Positions 41,569 through 55,229 of a stretch of 64,000 nucleotides of DNA are shown piece after piece (position 1 is the stretch's first letter; each line of letters begins with the position of its first letter). The DNA is from Candidatus Eiseniibacteriota bacterium (lineage in GTDB: Bacteria > Eisenbacteria > RBG-16-71-46): positions 960,001-1,024,000 of the forward strand of contig OY970178.1 in NCBI GenBank assembly GCA_963707915.1, read 5' to 3'. The position numbers and the translations under genes were made by a program. Under the pieces are notes generated by a model. That model saw only the letters and a list, made by a program, of their open reading frames with translations, did no database searches and was not told the DNA's origin.

Positions 41569-43230
41569 TCACAGCTCCACGAGGAAGTGCTCGTTGACGC
41601 CGCCGGCCAGCGCACGGACGTGTTCGGCGGCCAGGTCGCACAGCGCCGGGACCACCGCACGGCCGCGGTGCGCCACCACCTCGAGCGAAGCGATCCGCCG
41701 CTCCTGCAGCCGGTCCCCGGGCATCAGGTAGTGGCGCAGGCGGGGCCACTCCGGGTGGCCACGCTCGAGGTGATGGCGCACCTTGCCGACGAGGCCATCG
41801 AGCAGCCGTTGGAACTGATAGTCCACCTTCGCGCGCGCCGATTCCACCAGTTGCGGCAGGCTGGTGTCCACCTCGCGCGACGAGGCCGCGAGGCGATCGA
41901 GCCCTCCCAGGGCGTCGGCCCGCGCCCGGTCGAGGTCGGCTCGCGGCCCGGCCGGAACCGAGCGCTCGGCCAGCCGCCGCAGGGCCGCGTCCACGTCCGC
42001 GACCACGTCCCACGGCTCGTCCCCCACCGCTTCGATCAGGGCCAGCGCGGCCGCCGGCAGCCAGGTGACCCCGAGGCGCGGCACCGGGCAGGCGGCGGAC
42101 ACCTGCAGGCCCGCGAAGACCTCGCGCAACTGCGCGAGGTAGGCGATCTCCCCGGGACCGCACGCCATCGCCACGGTCGGGAAGACCGCGTCCTGGACGA
42201 CCGGACGCAGCGCCACGCTGGGCGAGAGCGCCTGCGAGGCCGGCAGCGCGAGGGCCTCGGCCGGCGACAGCTTGCGGCGCGACCCCTCCGCGATCGCGAA
42301 GACGAACGATTCGAGCGCGGCGTCCGAGAGCGGTCGGCGTCCGGTGCCGGCCTCGAGCCGGGCGCCGGCCCGGCGCGCGGCGCCGGCCAGCCCGTCGGCG
42401 TTCGCGAGGTAGCGTTCGAGCACCGGCCGCGCGGCGGCCCGGAACGCCGGCAGCCGCGGGTCCACCACCACCAGCCCCTCGTCGGCGAACAGCGCCAGCA
42501 TCAGCGCGCTGAACGCCTCGCCCAGGTCGCGCGCCCGCGCGAGCGAGTCCCCCAGCAGTCCGGCCACCGCGCCGTGCCCGGCCAGGCCGGACCACGCCCG
42601 CAACGCCTCCTCGCCGAGCGCCGCGAGCGGCCCCACCGGGATGGATCCCACCAGTCCCCCCGCGACATGCGCGCCGTCGGGCAGCGCGCCCGCGCGCAGC
42701 GCCAGGCCGGCGTCGGCGAAGGTGGCCGAGCGGATCTCCTCGAAGTCCGAATCCTCGCCGTGCATCCAGAAGAGCGGCACGCACGCGACCCCGGTGCGCC
42801 CGGCGACGGCCGTCGCGAGCCCCACCGTGGTCGCGGTCTTGTGGAGAGAATAGAGCGGCCCGCCGAGCGGCGCGGGTTGCTGGCCCGCGACCGCGCACAC
42901 GGCCTCGCCGGCCGCCAGCCGCGCGAGCGCCTCCAGCGAGCGCGGCGAGGCGCCCAGGCGCTGGTGGTACTCGGCCAGCTCGGCAGCGAGCGGCGGGGCG
43001 AGCGGCGCCAGCTTGCCGCGCGCAAGGGCCCGCAGCGCATCGGTGTCGCTCCAGCGGGTGGCGAAACGCTCCCGGGCCAGCGGCCCGTCCGTGACCAGGT
43101 CCTGCGCGATGGGGTCGAAGAGCCGGTCGTAGGGCGGCTCGGGCCGCGGCGCGATGCGCGCGCGCACGGTCACCGGGCTGCGGGCCGGCTCGGAAGGGCG
43201 ACCTGGGTCGCCCCGGGTCAGGAGGGCCAT
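41569..43230 (-). CDS. bshC: Bacillithiol biosynthesis protein BshC
   Basis: AGQQ..GGPLYSLHK, FWMHGEDSDFEE, SPSVALRPVVQD..FPT, GPGEIAYLAQL, LQER. Confidence 0.9.
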   Translation of the reverse strand: MALLTRGDPGRPSEPARSPVTVRARIAPRPEPPYDRLFDPIAQDLVTDGPLARERFATRWSDTDALRALARGKLAPLAPPLAAELAEYHQRLGASPRSLEALARLAAGEAVCAVAGQQPAPLGGPLYSLHKTATTVGLATAVAGRTGVACVPLFWMHGEDSDFEEIRSATFADAGLALRAGALPDGAHVAGGLVGSIPVGPLAALGEEALRAWSGLAGHGAVAGLLGDSLARARDLGEAFSALMLALFADEGLVVVDPRLPAFRAAARPVLERYLANADGLAGAARRAGARLEAGTGRRPLSDAALESFVFAIAEGSRRKLSPAEALALPASQALSPSVALRPVVQDAVFPTVAMACGPGEIAYLAQLREVFAGLQVSAACPVPRLGVTWLPAAALALIEAVGDEPWDVVADVDAALRRLAERSVPAGPRADLDRARADALGGLDRLAASSREVDTSLPQLVESARAKVDYQFQRLLDGLVGKVRHHLERGHPEWPRLRHYLMPGDRLQERRIASLEVVAHRGRAVVPALCDLAAEHVRALAGGVNEHFLVEL

Positions 43231-43371
43231 GGGCGCGCGCATCGTAGGCCGGGCCTTCCGTGGTGGTCAACCGCGAGATGGCGGGCGCGTCCCCGGACGC
43301 TCGCGCGGCCCCGCGACCGCATCGCCGGCCTCCGTTCCGGGGCCGGTCCGCCCTGCCGAGGCGCCCGGCCG

Positions 43372-45011
<1,640 letters not shown>

Positions 45012-45018
<7 letters not shown>

Positions 45019-45040
45019 GCGCGGACCCCCATGCTAGCGT
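45012..45040 (+). promoter_or_regulatory. Putative sigma70 promoter, leaderless-type, for uppP
   Basis: TTGTCA-N17-TAGCGT, ATG 8 nt downstream at 45049. Confidence 0.5.
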
Positions 45041-45048
45041 GCCCCGCC

Positions 45049-45882
45049 ATGTTCGCCGCCGTCCTCACGCCCGCAGCCCAGGTCGCCGATGGCCTCACCC
45101 CGCTGCGCGCGGCCGTGCTGGGCGCCATCCAGGGCGTCACCGAGTTCCTGCCCATCTCCAGCAGCGCCCACCTGTACGCCGTGCCGGAGATGCTCGGCTG
45201 GAAGTACGAGGGGGTGGCGTTCGACGTGGCGCTTCACTGGGGCACGCTGCTGGCGCTGCTGGCCGCCTTCTGGCGCGACTGGCTCGGCCTCGGCCGGGGC
45301 GCGCTGCGGGCCGGCCCGGCGGGGGGCGCCGCGCGCTCGACCCTGATGCGCCTCGCGGCCGCCAGCCTGCCGGCGGTGATCGCCGGGGTGCTGCTCCAGG
45401 ACGAGGCCGCGACCCACCTGCGCGCGCTGCCGCTGCAGGCCGCGATGCTGGTGGTGTTCGGGGTCCTGCTCTGGTGGGTGGACCGCGGGCGCGGGGACGG
45501 GCGCCACGAGGACGTGCCGGGCTGGGGCACGAGCCTGCTGGTCGGCGCCGCCCAGGCGGTCGCGCTCGTGCCGGGGGTCTCCCGCTCGGGCATCACCATG
45601 ACCGCGGGGCGGGCGGCGGGGCTCGACCGGGTCTCCGCGGCGCGCTTCTCGTTCCTGCTCGCGACCCCGATCACCTTCGGCGCCGGCCTGCTCGAGCTGC
45701 GCCACCTGTCGCCCGAGTTGTCGGTCGCCACGCTCGCGGCGGGCATGGCCGCCTCGGCGCTGGTCGGCCTGCTCAGCATCCGCGGCCTGCTGCGCTGGCT
45801 CGGCCGCGCGGGCTTCGGCGCGTTCTGCGCGTACCGCGTGGTGTTCGCCGGAGCCATCGTCGCCTGGCTCGCGCTGCGCTGA
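45049..45882 (+). CDS. uppP: Undecaprenyl-diphosphate phosphatase
   Basis: QGVTEFLPISSSAH, PGVSRSG, ARFSFLL. Confidence 0.94.
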   Translation: MFAAVLTPAAQVADGLTPLRAAVLGAIQGVTEFLPISSSAHLYAVPEMLGWKYEGVAFDVALHWGTLLALLAAFWRDWLGLGRGALRAGPAGGAARSTLMRLAAASLPAVIAGVLLQDEAATHLRALPLQAAMLVVFGVLLWWVDRGRGDGRHEDVPGWGTSLLVGAAQAVALVPGVSRSGITMTAGRAAGLDRVSAARFSFLLATPITFGAGLLELRHLSPELSVATLAAGMAASALVGLLSIRGLLRWLGRAGFGAFCAYRVVFAGAIVAWLALR

Positions 45883-45937
45883 CGCCGGGGAGTCCCTTCC
45901 CTACGCATCGCGTCCTTCCTCCGTCCCACGCACGAGA

Positions 45938-46570
45938 TCAGCGGGCGCGGTCCTTCCGGGTCAGCTTGTCGGCGAAGTAGCGGTTGAGCCGCTCGCGCAG
46001 GGCGATGCGGGCCCGGTGCAGCCGCGACTTCACCGCGGCCACCGACAACCCGAGCATCTCGCCCACCTCGGAGTTCGAGAGGCCCTCGATGTCGCGCCGC
46101 ACGAAGACCTCGTACAGCTCCTTTGGCAGGCGCTGGATGCTCTCCGCCATCACCGTCCGCATCTCGGCGGTGAGCAGTTCCTCGGGCGGTTGCGCCGACC
46201 AGTCCCGCAGCTGCATCGGTTCCGCCTCGTCGTCCTGGCTCTGCGACTGGTCGAGCGAGATGTGCTTGTCGCGTCGCTTGCGGTACTTCATCAGGCTCGC
46301 GTTGGTCGCGATGCGGTAGAGCCAGGTCGAGAACGTGGACTCGGCCTTGAAGTTCCTCAGGCCCCGGTAGGCGGAGAGGAAGGCGTCCTGCAGCGCCTCG
46401 GCCGCGTCGTCCTCGTGGCGCAGGATCTTGTAGCAGAGCCGGTAGACCTTGTCCTGGTAACGGCGGACCAGCTCGTCGAAGGCGCGGTTCTCGCCGCCCT
46501 GGGCGGATCGCACCAATTCTTCGTCGGGACGGAGACGGAAGTCGATCGTCGCCGGCTGCGGATCGGTCAT
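45938..46570 (-). CDS. ECF sigma factor (RpoE/SigW-like)
   Basis: AFDELVRRY, QDAFLSAY, FSTWLYRIA, VKSRLHRAR. Confidence 0.93.
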   Translation of the reverse strand: MTDPQPATIDFRLRPDEELVRSAQGGENRAFDELVRRYQDKVYRLCYKILRHEDDAAEALQDAFLSAYRGLRNFKAESTFSTWLYRIATNASLMKYRKRRDKHISLDQSQSQDDEAEPMQLRDWSAQPPEELLTAEMRTVMAESIQRLPKELYEVFVRRDIEGLSNSEVGEMLGLSVAAVKSRLHRARIALRERLNRYFADKLTRKDRAR

Positions 46571-48198
46571 GGCACCTGCCGTATGGAGAAGGCTGCCTGG
46601 TTTCGCGCCGGCGGGCCCACGTAGACGGCCTCGCCAGCCAGCAGGGTACACGTTGGGCGCACGTTGTGCAGCATGGAAGTCGGGAGCCGGTGCAGGTCGG
46701 CGTCCCACACGACCAGGTCGGCCGCGCAACCCGGGGCGATCCGTCCGAGCCCGGCCGAGCGGCCCGCCAGCTCGGCCCCGCCGCTCGTGTACGCCCGCAG
46801 CGCCTCGTCGAGACCGATGCGCTCCCGCGCCGTGAAGCCCCCGGCGGGCGTGCCGTCGGTCCGCTGGCGCGTGAGCGCGGCATGCAGACCGAGGGCCGGC
46901 ACGGGGGCCTCGACCGGGGCATCGGATCCAAAGGCCACCGAGGCGCCGGCGTCGAGCAGGCTGCGCCAGGGATACGACCGCTCGACGCGCGCCCCCCAGC
47001 CCCGCCCGGCGATCTCGATGTCCGCGACGCAGTGCGAGGGTTGCAGGCTCGCCCACGCGCCCAGCCTCGCGAAGCGCGGCCGGTCGGCCGGGTGCAGCAA
47101 CTGCACGTGTTCGATCCGCTGGGGCAGCGCCGGCTTCGCGAACGCGCCCGCGGCCCCTTCGAGGGCATCGAGCGCCGAGCGCACAGCCCGGTCGCCGATG
47201 GCGTGGATCGCGACCGCGAGCCCGCCGGCGGCCGCCCGCGCGACGAGGCGCGCGAGCTCGGCCGGCGGCACCAGCTCCATGCCGGTGCCGGTGCCGTCCT
47301 CGTAGGGCTCGAGCAGGGCCGCGGTGCGCGAGCCCAGCGTGCCGTCGGCGAACAGCTTCACCGCGCCATAGCGGAAGCGGTCGTCCCCCATCCCGCTCTC
47401 GAGCCCGAGGGAGAGCGCGGCCTCGAGCCCCGCGAGCGGAAGGTGCGCGACCACGCGCAGGCGCGGCGGGCCGGCGTCGCGCGTGAACACCCGCAGCGAC
47501 TTCAGCTCCTCGAGGCCCTCGAAGTCGTGCACCATGGTCACGCCCTGCTCGTGCAGCCGCCGCGCCGCGCGGGCCAGCCGCTCGGCGTCGGACCCGCGCA
47601 CCGTGCGCGTCTCCAGCCCGGCGAAGAGGCTCATCGCGTTCTCGCGCACGATCCCGGTGGGCTCGCCCGACCCGTCGCGCTCGATGCGCCCGCCCGCCGG
47701 GTCGGGCGTGGCGCGGGTCACGCCCGCCGCGCGCAGGGCCGCGCTGTTCACCCACAGCGCGTGGCAGTCCTTGCCGTGCAGCAGCACGGGGCGCGCACCG
47801 CTGACCGCGTCCAGGCTCGCCCGTTCCGGCGGGTCGCGCCAGGCGTTCGCGTCCCAGCCCCGGCCCGAGACCGGTTCGTCGCCGGGCTCGGTGGCGAGGG
47901 CGGCGGCGACCCGGCCGAGGGCCTCGTGACGCGACGCGGCCCCCACCAGCGCCACCTCGTCGAGCGATCGCGCCCACGCCAGCAGGTGCAGGTGGGCGTC
48001 CACCAGCCCGGGGGTGACCGTCGCCCCGCCGGCATCGAGGCGCGCGGTGTCGGCCCGCAGCAGGGGCTCCAGTTCGGCCTCGCGACCGACGGCCAGCACG
48101 CGCCCGCCGGCCACGGCGATGGCGTCCACCCGTTCGTCCACGCGACCATCCGTCCAGACCCGGGCGCTCGTGATGAACAGGCGGGCCCCGGACTTCAT
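46567..48198 (-). CDS. YtcJ-like amidohydrolase
   Basis: PGLVDAHLH, KLFADGTLGSRTA, IHAIGD, RIEH, GSDAPV. Confidence 0.9.
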   Translation of the reverse strand: MKSGARLFITSARVWTDGRVDERVDAIAVAGGRVLAVGREAELEPLLRADTARLDAGGATVTPGLVDAHLHLLAWARSLDEVALVGAASRHEALGRVAAALATEPGDEPVSGRGWDANAWRDPPERASLDAVSGARPVLLHGKDCHALWVNSAALRAAGVTRATPDPAGGRIERDGSGEPTGIVRENAMSLFAGLETRTVRGSDAERLARAARRLHEQGVTMVHDFEGLEELKSLRVFTRDAGPPRLRVVAHLPLAGLEAALSLGLESGMGDDRFRYGAVKLFADGTLGSRTAALLEPYEDGTGTGMELVPPAELARLVARAAAGGLAVAIHAIGDRAVRSALDALEGAAGAFAKPALPQRIEHVQLLHPADRPRFARLGAWASLQPSHCVADIEIAGRGWGARVERSYPWRSLLDAGASVAFGSDAPVEAPVPALGLHAALTRQRTDGTPAGGFTARERIGLDEALRAYTSGGAELAGRSAGLGRIAPGCAADLVVWDADLHRLPTSMLHNVRPTCTLLAGEAVYVGPPARNQAAFSIRQVP

Positions 48199-48995
48199 GT
48201 CACCGCGACCTCGACGTGGTTGACGAGGACCCCGATGCCCTGCACGTCGATCTCGACGACGTCACCGGGGACCACGGGGCCGACGCCCGCGGGCGTGCCG
48301 GTCGCGATCACGTCGCCGGGCTCCAGCGTCATGATGTGGGAGATGAAGCTGACGAGCGCGGGCACCGGGTGGATCAGGTCCGCCGTGTTCCCGTGCTGGC
48401 GCTCCACGCCATTGACCCGGCAGCGCACGTCGAGCGCGCCGGGCGACAATCCCACGGCCACCCAGGGTCCCATCGGCGCGAAGCTGTCGAAGCCCTTGGC
48501 CCGGGTCCATTGCCCGTCCTTGCGCTGGTAGTTCCGCGCGCTGACGTCATTGAAGCAGGTGAACCCGGCGACGTGGTCGAGCGCGGCCGCCGCGGAGACC
48601 GCCCGGGCCCGCCGGCCGATGACCACTCCCAGCTCGGCCTCGGGATCCAGCCGCTCCACTCCGCGCGGATAGCGGATCGCCTCGCCCGTGGCGACGACCG
48701 CGCTGGGCGGCTTGAGGAACAGGAGCGGCTCGGCGGGCGCGTCGAGCCCCCCGGGCACGGCGGTCGCGCTCTCGGCGATGTGGTCGCGGTAGTTGAGCCC
48801 GACGCACACGATCTTGGTGGGCCGGGCCGGGGGCAGGAGCACCACGCGCTTCGCGGCGTCGCGTGGGCCGCTCTCGCGGCCCCCGAGCCAGGGCGGCGCA
48901 TCCAGCCGGACGAAGACCTCGTCCTCGCGGCGGCCCCAGTGCTCCGTTGCATCGAGACGATAACGTGCGATGTGCTGGATCGCGGCGTCGGACAT
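48195..48995 (-). CDS. Fumarylacetoacetate hydrolase family protein
   Basis: KIVCVGLNY, EAELGVVIG, NDVSAR, AKGFD, GDVIATGTP. Confidence 0.92.
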   Translation of the reverse strand: MSDAAIQHIARYRLDATEHWGRREDEVFVRLDAPPWLGGRESGPRDAAKRVVLLPPARPTKIVCVGLNYRDHIAESATAVPGGLDAPAEPLLFLKPPSAVVATGEAIRYPRGVERLDPEAELGVVIGRRARAVSAAAALDHVAGFTCFNDVSARNYQRKDGQWTRAKGFDSFAPMGPWVAVGLSPGALDVRCRVNGVERQHGNTADLIHPVPALVSFISHIMTLEPGDVIATGTPAGVGPVVPGDVVEIDVQGIGVLVNHVEVAVT

Positions 48996-49061
48996 GCGCG
49001 GCCTCCGGTCTGGTCCGCCGGCATTCTGGCGATTCCCGTGCCCGCGGGCAAATCGGTCCGC

Positions 49062-49091
49062 TTGACCGCTTTCCGGAAGCTCTGCTAGCGT
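49062..49091 (+). promoter_or_regulatory. Putative sigma70 promoter with very short or no leader
   Basis: TTGACC-N18-TAGCGT, ATG 9 nt downstream, no Shine-Dalgarno. Confidence 0.5.
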
Positions 49092-49100
49092 CCCCACACT

Positions 49101-50438
49101 ATGTCACCCTCCATCCGGAAGACCCGCCCGACGTCATCTGCCGAAACGCTTTCCCGTCGCATCCAGAACCACAAGGCCCACATCGGCGTCATCGGCCTGG
49201 GCTATGTCGGACTGCCCCTGGCCGTCGAATTCGCCCGGGCCGGCTTCAAGGTCACCGGCATCGACCTCCGCGAGGATCGCGTCAAGGAACTGCTGCGCGG
49301 CCGCTCCTACATCCAGGACGTGCCCGCCAGCGACGTGCGCGATCTCGTCCGTTCCGGCCACCTGACCGCCACGGCCGACTTCGCCGTGCTGCGCCGGGCC
49401 GACGTGGTGACCATCTGCGTCCCCACGCCGCTCTCCAAGCAGCGCGACCCGGACGTCTCCTACATCGTGGCCGCCGTGGACCAGGTGAAGAAGTACGTCC
49501 ACGCCGGCCAGCTCGTGATCCTCGAGAGCACGACCTATCCCGGCACCACCGACGAGCTCATGCTGCCGGAGCTGGAGAAGACGGGGCTCAAGGTCGGCAA
49601 GGACTTCTTCCTCGCCTTCTCGCCCGAGCGGGTGGACCCGGGCAACCCGGTCTGGCAGACCCGCAACACGCCGAAGGTCGTGGGCGGCGTGACGCCGACC
49701 TGCACCCGGATCGCGGTCGAGCTCTACCGCGAGCGGCTCGACAACGTGGTGCCGGTCTCGTCCACGCAGGTGGCCGAGATGGTGAAGCTGCACGAGAACA
49801 CCTTCCGCAGCGTCAACATCGGGCTGGTGAACGAGCTGGCCCTGATGTGCGCGAAGCTCAAGGTCGACGTCTGGGAGGTCATCGAGGCCGCGGCCACCAA
49901 GCCGTTCGGTTTCATGCCGTTCTATCCGGGCCCGGGCCTGGGCGGGCACTGCATCCCCATCGACCCCTTCTACCTCTCGTGGAAGGCCCGCGGCAGCGGC
50001 TTCGAGGCGCGCTTCATCGAGCTCGCCGGCTACATCAACGGCCAGATGCCCGACTACGCCGTGGACCTCGTGGCGCGCGCCCTGAACGCGCGCAATCGCT
50101 CGGTGCGCGGCTCCCGCGTGCTGATGCTGGGGGTGGCCTACAAGGCCGACATCGACGACGTGCGGGAGAGCCCTTCGCTCGACATCATGAAGACCCTCGC
50201 GGAGCGCGGGGCCAGGGTCGAGTACGCCGACCCGTTCGTGCCTTCGCTCGAGTTCCTCGGCGCCCGCATGAAGAGCATCCAGCTCACGCCCGCGCAGCTG
50301 CGGCGCTTCGACTGCGCCGTGATCGCGACCGCGCACAAGGCGTTCCCCTACGGCCTCATCCTGCGGCACTCGAAGAGCGTGGTGGACACGCGCAACGCGC
50401 TCAAGGGCAAGCGCTCGACCAAGATCGTCCGGCTCTAA
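49101..50438 (+). CDS. UDP-N-acetyl-hexosamine 6-dehydrogenase (WbpA/WecC family)
   Basis: GLGYVGLP, CVPTP, ESTTYPG, SPERVDPG, GGHCIPIDP, DVRESP. Confidence 0.93.
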   Translation: MSPSIRKTRPTSSAETLSRRIQNHKAHIGVIGLGYVGLPLAVEFARAGFKVTGIDLREDRVKELLRGRSYIQDVPASDVRDLVRSGHLTATADFAVLRRADVVTICVPTPLSKQRDPDVSYIVAAVDQVKKYVHAGQLVILESTTYPGTTDELMLPELEKTGLKVGKDFFLAFSPERVDPGNPVWQTRNTPKVVGGVTPTCTRIAVELYRERLDNVVPVSSTQVAEMVKLHENTFRSVNIGLVNELALMCAKLKVDVWEVIEAAATKPFGFMPFYPGPGLGGHCIPIDPFYLSWKARGSGFEARFIELAGYINGQMPDYAVDLVARALNARNRSVRGSRVLMLGVAYKADIDDVRESPSLDIMKTLAERGARVEYADPFVPSLEFLGARMKSIQLTPAQLRRFDCAVIATAHKAFPYGLILRHSKSVVDTRNALKGKRSTKIVRL

Positions 50439-50457
50439 CCGCGACGCGGAACCGACG

Positions 50458-50489
50458 CCGGGGCGGCTCTCTCGCGAGGGCCGCCCCGG
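50458..50489. terminator. Hairpin between convergent genes
   Basis: CCGGGGCGGCTCTC-TCGC-GAGGGCCGCCCCGG. Confidence 0.65.
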
Positions 50490-50504
50490 GTCGTTCCCGC
50501 AGGG

Positions 50505-52421
<1,917 letters not shown>

Positions 52422-52532
52422 GACGTTCCTTCCTTCGTCGTGATGGACGGCCGCCACGCCGGTCTCGGGGCCCGCGAGACCGCGGGCCGACCGGCGTGGC
52501 GCGTCCGTGAGAGCGACCGGCCGGACTGCCGG

Positions 52533-52982
52533 CTAGCCGACCTTGACTTCGACCTCGCGCAGCCGGGCCTCCTCGGCCTTGGGCACGCGCACCTCGAGCA
52601 CGCCGTCCTTGCAGGTGGCCTTCACCTGATCGGCCCGCACCGGCGCCCCCAGCGTGAAGGAGCGCTCGAACGTGCCGTACGTCCGTTCGCAGCGCAGCCA
52701 GCTGCCTTCCTTCTCGGCGCTCTCCTGCTTGCGCTCGCCGCGGACGGTGAGCGTGTCGCCCATGACGTGCACCTTGACGTCCTTCTGCGCGACACCCGGC
52801 AGGTCCACGCTCAGCACGAACTGCTCGGGCGTCTCCTCGATGTCCACGACGGGGACGAAGTCGAATCCCGCGCGGGCGCTCGGGCGGCCGAAGGCCCCCT
52901 CGAGCAACCGGTTCATCTCCTCGTGCATGGTGAGCAGGTCCCGCATCGGCGGGGTCGGCGGATTCCAGCGGATGATGGGCAT
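52533..52982 (-). CDS. Hsp20/alpha-crystallin small heat shock protein
   Basis: PVVDIEET, DLPGV, ERTYGTFERSF, DGVLEVRVPK. Confidence 0.94.
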   Translation of the reverse strand: MPIIRWNPPTPPMRDLLTMHEEMNRLLEGAFGRPSARAGFDFVPVVDIEETPEQFVLSVDLPGVAQKDVKVHVMGDTLTVRGERKQESAEKEGSWLRCERTYGTFERSFTLGAPVRADQVKATCKDGVLEVRVPKAEEARLREVEVKVG

Positions 52983-53089
52983 GGTGACGATCTCCTCTGA
53001 CTGGATGGTGGTTGGTGTTCCTGCGCCGCGTCCGGGCCGGCACCGGCCGGGCCCGCGCGTCGCGCCCTCGATGGTCGCCGGAACTCCTT

Positions 53090-53106
53090 CGCAGGGCGCG
53101 TGCCAG
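53090..53106 (-). promoter_or_regulatory. Putative sigma54 (-24/-12) promoter upstream of hsp20-dnaK
   Basis: Minus strand CTGGCACGCGCCCTGCG, versus consensus YTGGCACG-N4-TTGC. Confidence 0.55.
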
Positions 53107-53325
53107 ACTTGGTCGAGGCGCGCAGGTCGTTGTCCCGCAGCAACATCGGCGACGGCACCTCGCGCAGGGCTCGAATCCGCCGGAGCGCCACGTTCACCGC
53201 TGAAACGACCGCCGTTTCCTTCTCGAACGCCCTGTCCATTCCGGGAACGGCTGCGGGGAGCGGCAACCGGGCCGCGACCGCGCCGGCTCCTGGAGATCAC
53301 GCCTGCGCGGCCGAGCACCTGGAGC

Positions 53326-53362
53326 GCGAAGGGGGCCGGCCCGCCGGGCCGGCCCCCTTCGC
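53326..53362 (-). terminator. 17-bp perfect hairpin after nuoI
   Basis: GCGAAGGGGGCCGGCCC-GCC-GGGCCGGCCCCCTTCGC. Confidence 0.7.
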
Positions 53363-53406
53363 ATCTCGGGCTCGCCGCGCCCCGAGCCGGGGCACGGGCC
53401 GCCGCT

Positions 53407-53853
53407 CTACCGCTGCGGCAGGTAGCCCGCCTTCTCCGCTCCCACCAGCAGTTCGTCCTTCGTGTAGATGAAGGCCTCGCGCCGGTAGTCCGCGAGCTCG
53501 TAGTCCTTCTCGAGGAAGATGGCGTCCTCGGGGCAGGCCTCCTCGCACATGCCGCAGAAGATGCAGCGCAGCATGTTGATCTCGTAGCGCTCGGCGTGGC
53601 GCTCGCCGTGGGAGCGCGGGGCGTCCGGGTCGTTCTCGGCGGCCTTCACGAAGATGGCGTCCGCCGGACAGGCCACGGCGCAGAGTTCGCAGCCCACGCA
53701 GCGTTCCAGGCCGTCCTCGTGTCGCGCCAGGATGTGCAGCCCCCGGAAGCGCGGGAACATCACCAGCTTCTCGTTCGGGTACTGCAGGGTCACCGGCTTC
53801 TTGAAGAACTGCCCGAGGGTGACGCTCAGCCCCGTCGCCAGCTCCTTGATCAT
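53407..53853 (-). CDS. nuoI: NADH-quinone oxidoreductase subunit I (2x[4Fe-4S])
   Basis: VTLQYP, RFRGLH, CVGCELCAVACP, RCIFCGMCEEACP. Confidence 0.93.
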   Translation of the reverse strand: MIKELATGLSVTLGQFFKKPVTLQYPNEKLVMFPRFRGLHILARHEDGLERCVGCELCAVACPADAIFVKAAENDPDAPRSHGERHAERYEINMLRCIFCGMCEEACPEDAIFLEKDYELADYRREAFIYTKDELLVGAEKAGYLPQR

Positions 53854-54089
53854 GCCACGGACTCCTCGCGGGCCTTGGTGCGCACCATCCATCCCAGGCG
53901 GGCAGGATAGCCGGGGGCCGTTTCGGGCGCAAACGAGCGCCCCCGGGACCGGCGTCGCGCCGCGGTGCGCCCGCGGCACGCGTCGTGACGGCACGCCACC
54001 GCCTCGGGCCCCTCGTCGCCTTCCCCTGCTCTGCGACGGAGCGCGCGGCGGGATCGACACGCGGATCGCGACCGGGATTCCGGCCCCGT

Positions 54090-54644
54090 TCACAGCTTCG
54101 GCAGCGTGATGCCCTTCTGGGCCTGGTACTTGCCGGCCTTGTCCCGGTACGAGACCTCGCAGGGCGAGTCGCTCTCGAAGAACAGCACCTGGGCGATGCC
54201 CTCGTTGGCGTAGACCTTCGCGGGCAGCGGCGTGGTGTTGCTGATCTCGAGCGTCACGAATCCCTCCCACTCGGGCTCGAACGGCGTGACGTTGGTGATG
54301 ATGCCGCAACGGGCGTACGTGCTCTTCCCCAGGCACACCGTGATCACGTTACGCGGGATGCGGAAGTACTCGACGCTGCGGCCGAGCGCGAAGGAGTTGG
54401 GCGGGATGAGGGCGACCGGCCCCCTGAAGTCCACCATCGAGGCGGGATCCATGTTCTTCGGGTCCACGATGGTCGAGTTCACGTTCGTGAAGATCTTGAA
54501 CTCGTCGGCGATGCGCAGGTCGTAGCCGTAGGAGGAGACGCCGTAGGAGATGGCCCCCGCGCGGACCTGCTTCTCCTCGAACGGCTCGATCATCCCGTGC
54601 TCGCGGCACATCTTGCGGATCCAGTGGTCGGGACGGATGGACAT
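54090..54644 (-). CDS. dcd: dCTP deaminase
   Basis: [37 protein letters not shown]. Confidence 0.96.
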   Translation of the reverse strand: MSIRPDHWIRKMCREHGMIEPFEEKQVRAGAISYGVSSYGYDLRIADEFKIFTNVNSTIVDPKNMDPASMVDFRGPVALIPPNSFALGRSVEYFRIPRNVITVCLGKSTYARCGIITNVTPFEPEWEGFVTLEISNTTPLPAKVYANEGIAQVLFFESDSPCEVSYRDKAGKYQAQKGITLPKL

Positions 54645-54646
54645 CC

Positions 54647-55204
54647 TCATTCCTCCGCGGGTTCGAAGCGGCCCAGCATCCGGACCGCATGGACGAGTTC
54701 GGGCAACAGCAGCCTCTCGAGTGCCAGCTCCACGGCGGCGCGCGAGCCGGGCAGCATCACGACCAGGCGGCCGCGCGCGACGAATGCGCCGGCGCGGGAA
54801 AGCCAGGCGGCCGTGCCGACCTGACCCGCCGAGAGGGCGCGGAATCGCTCGCCGAAACCGGGCACCGTCCGCTCGGCGAGCGGCGCCAGCGCCTCGGGCG
54901 TGCGGTCGCGCGGGCCGAGGCCGGTGCCGCCGGTGACGATGAGCACGTCCACCCCGGGGCGCGCCAGCGCCGCGCGCGCGGCGCGCCGCAGCGCGGCCGG
55001 CTCGTCGCTCACCCAGGCGCGGGTCATCACGCGGTGGCCGGCCCGGGTGACCAGGCGCTCGATCAGCGCCCCGGCCGTGTCCTCGCGGCCGCGGCGCGTG
55101 TCGCTGGCGGTGATGACGGCGCAGCCCACGGGGCGCGGGGCGCCGGTCCCGCGGTGGGCGGCGGGGCGCCGCCCCGGCGGGGCGCTTCCCGGGACGCGCG
55201 TCAT
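54647..55204 (-). CDS. moaB: MoaB/MogA molybdopterin adenylyltransferase family
   Basis: [35 protein letters not shown]. Confidence 0.88.
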   Translation of the reverse strand: MTRVPGSAPPGRRPAAHRGTGAPRPVGCAVITASDTRRGREDTAGALIERLVTRAGHRVMTRAWVSDEPAALRRAARAALARPGVDVLIVTGGTGLGPRDRTPEALAPLAERTVPGFGERFRALSAGQVGTAAWLSRAGAFVARGRLVVMLPGSRAAVELALERLLLPELVHAVRMLGRFEPAEE

Positions 55205-55229
55205 GCCCCACCCGCGACCGGCACGCGGA

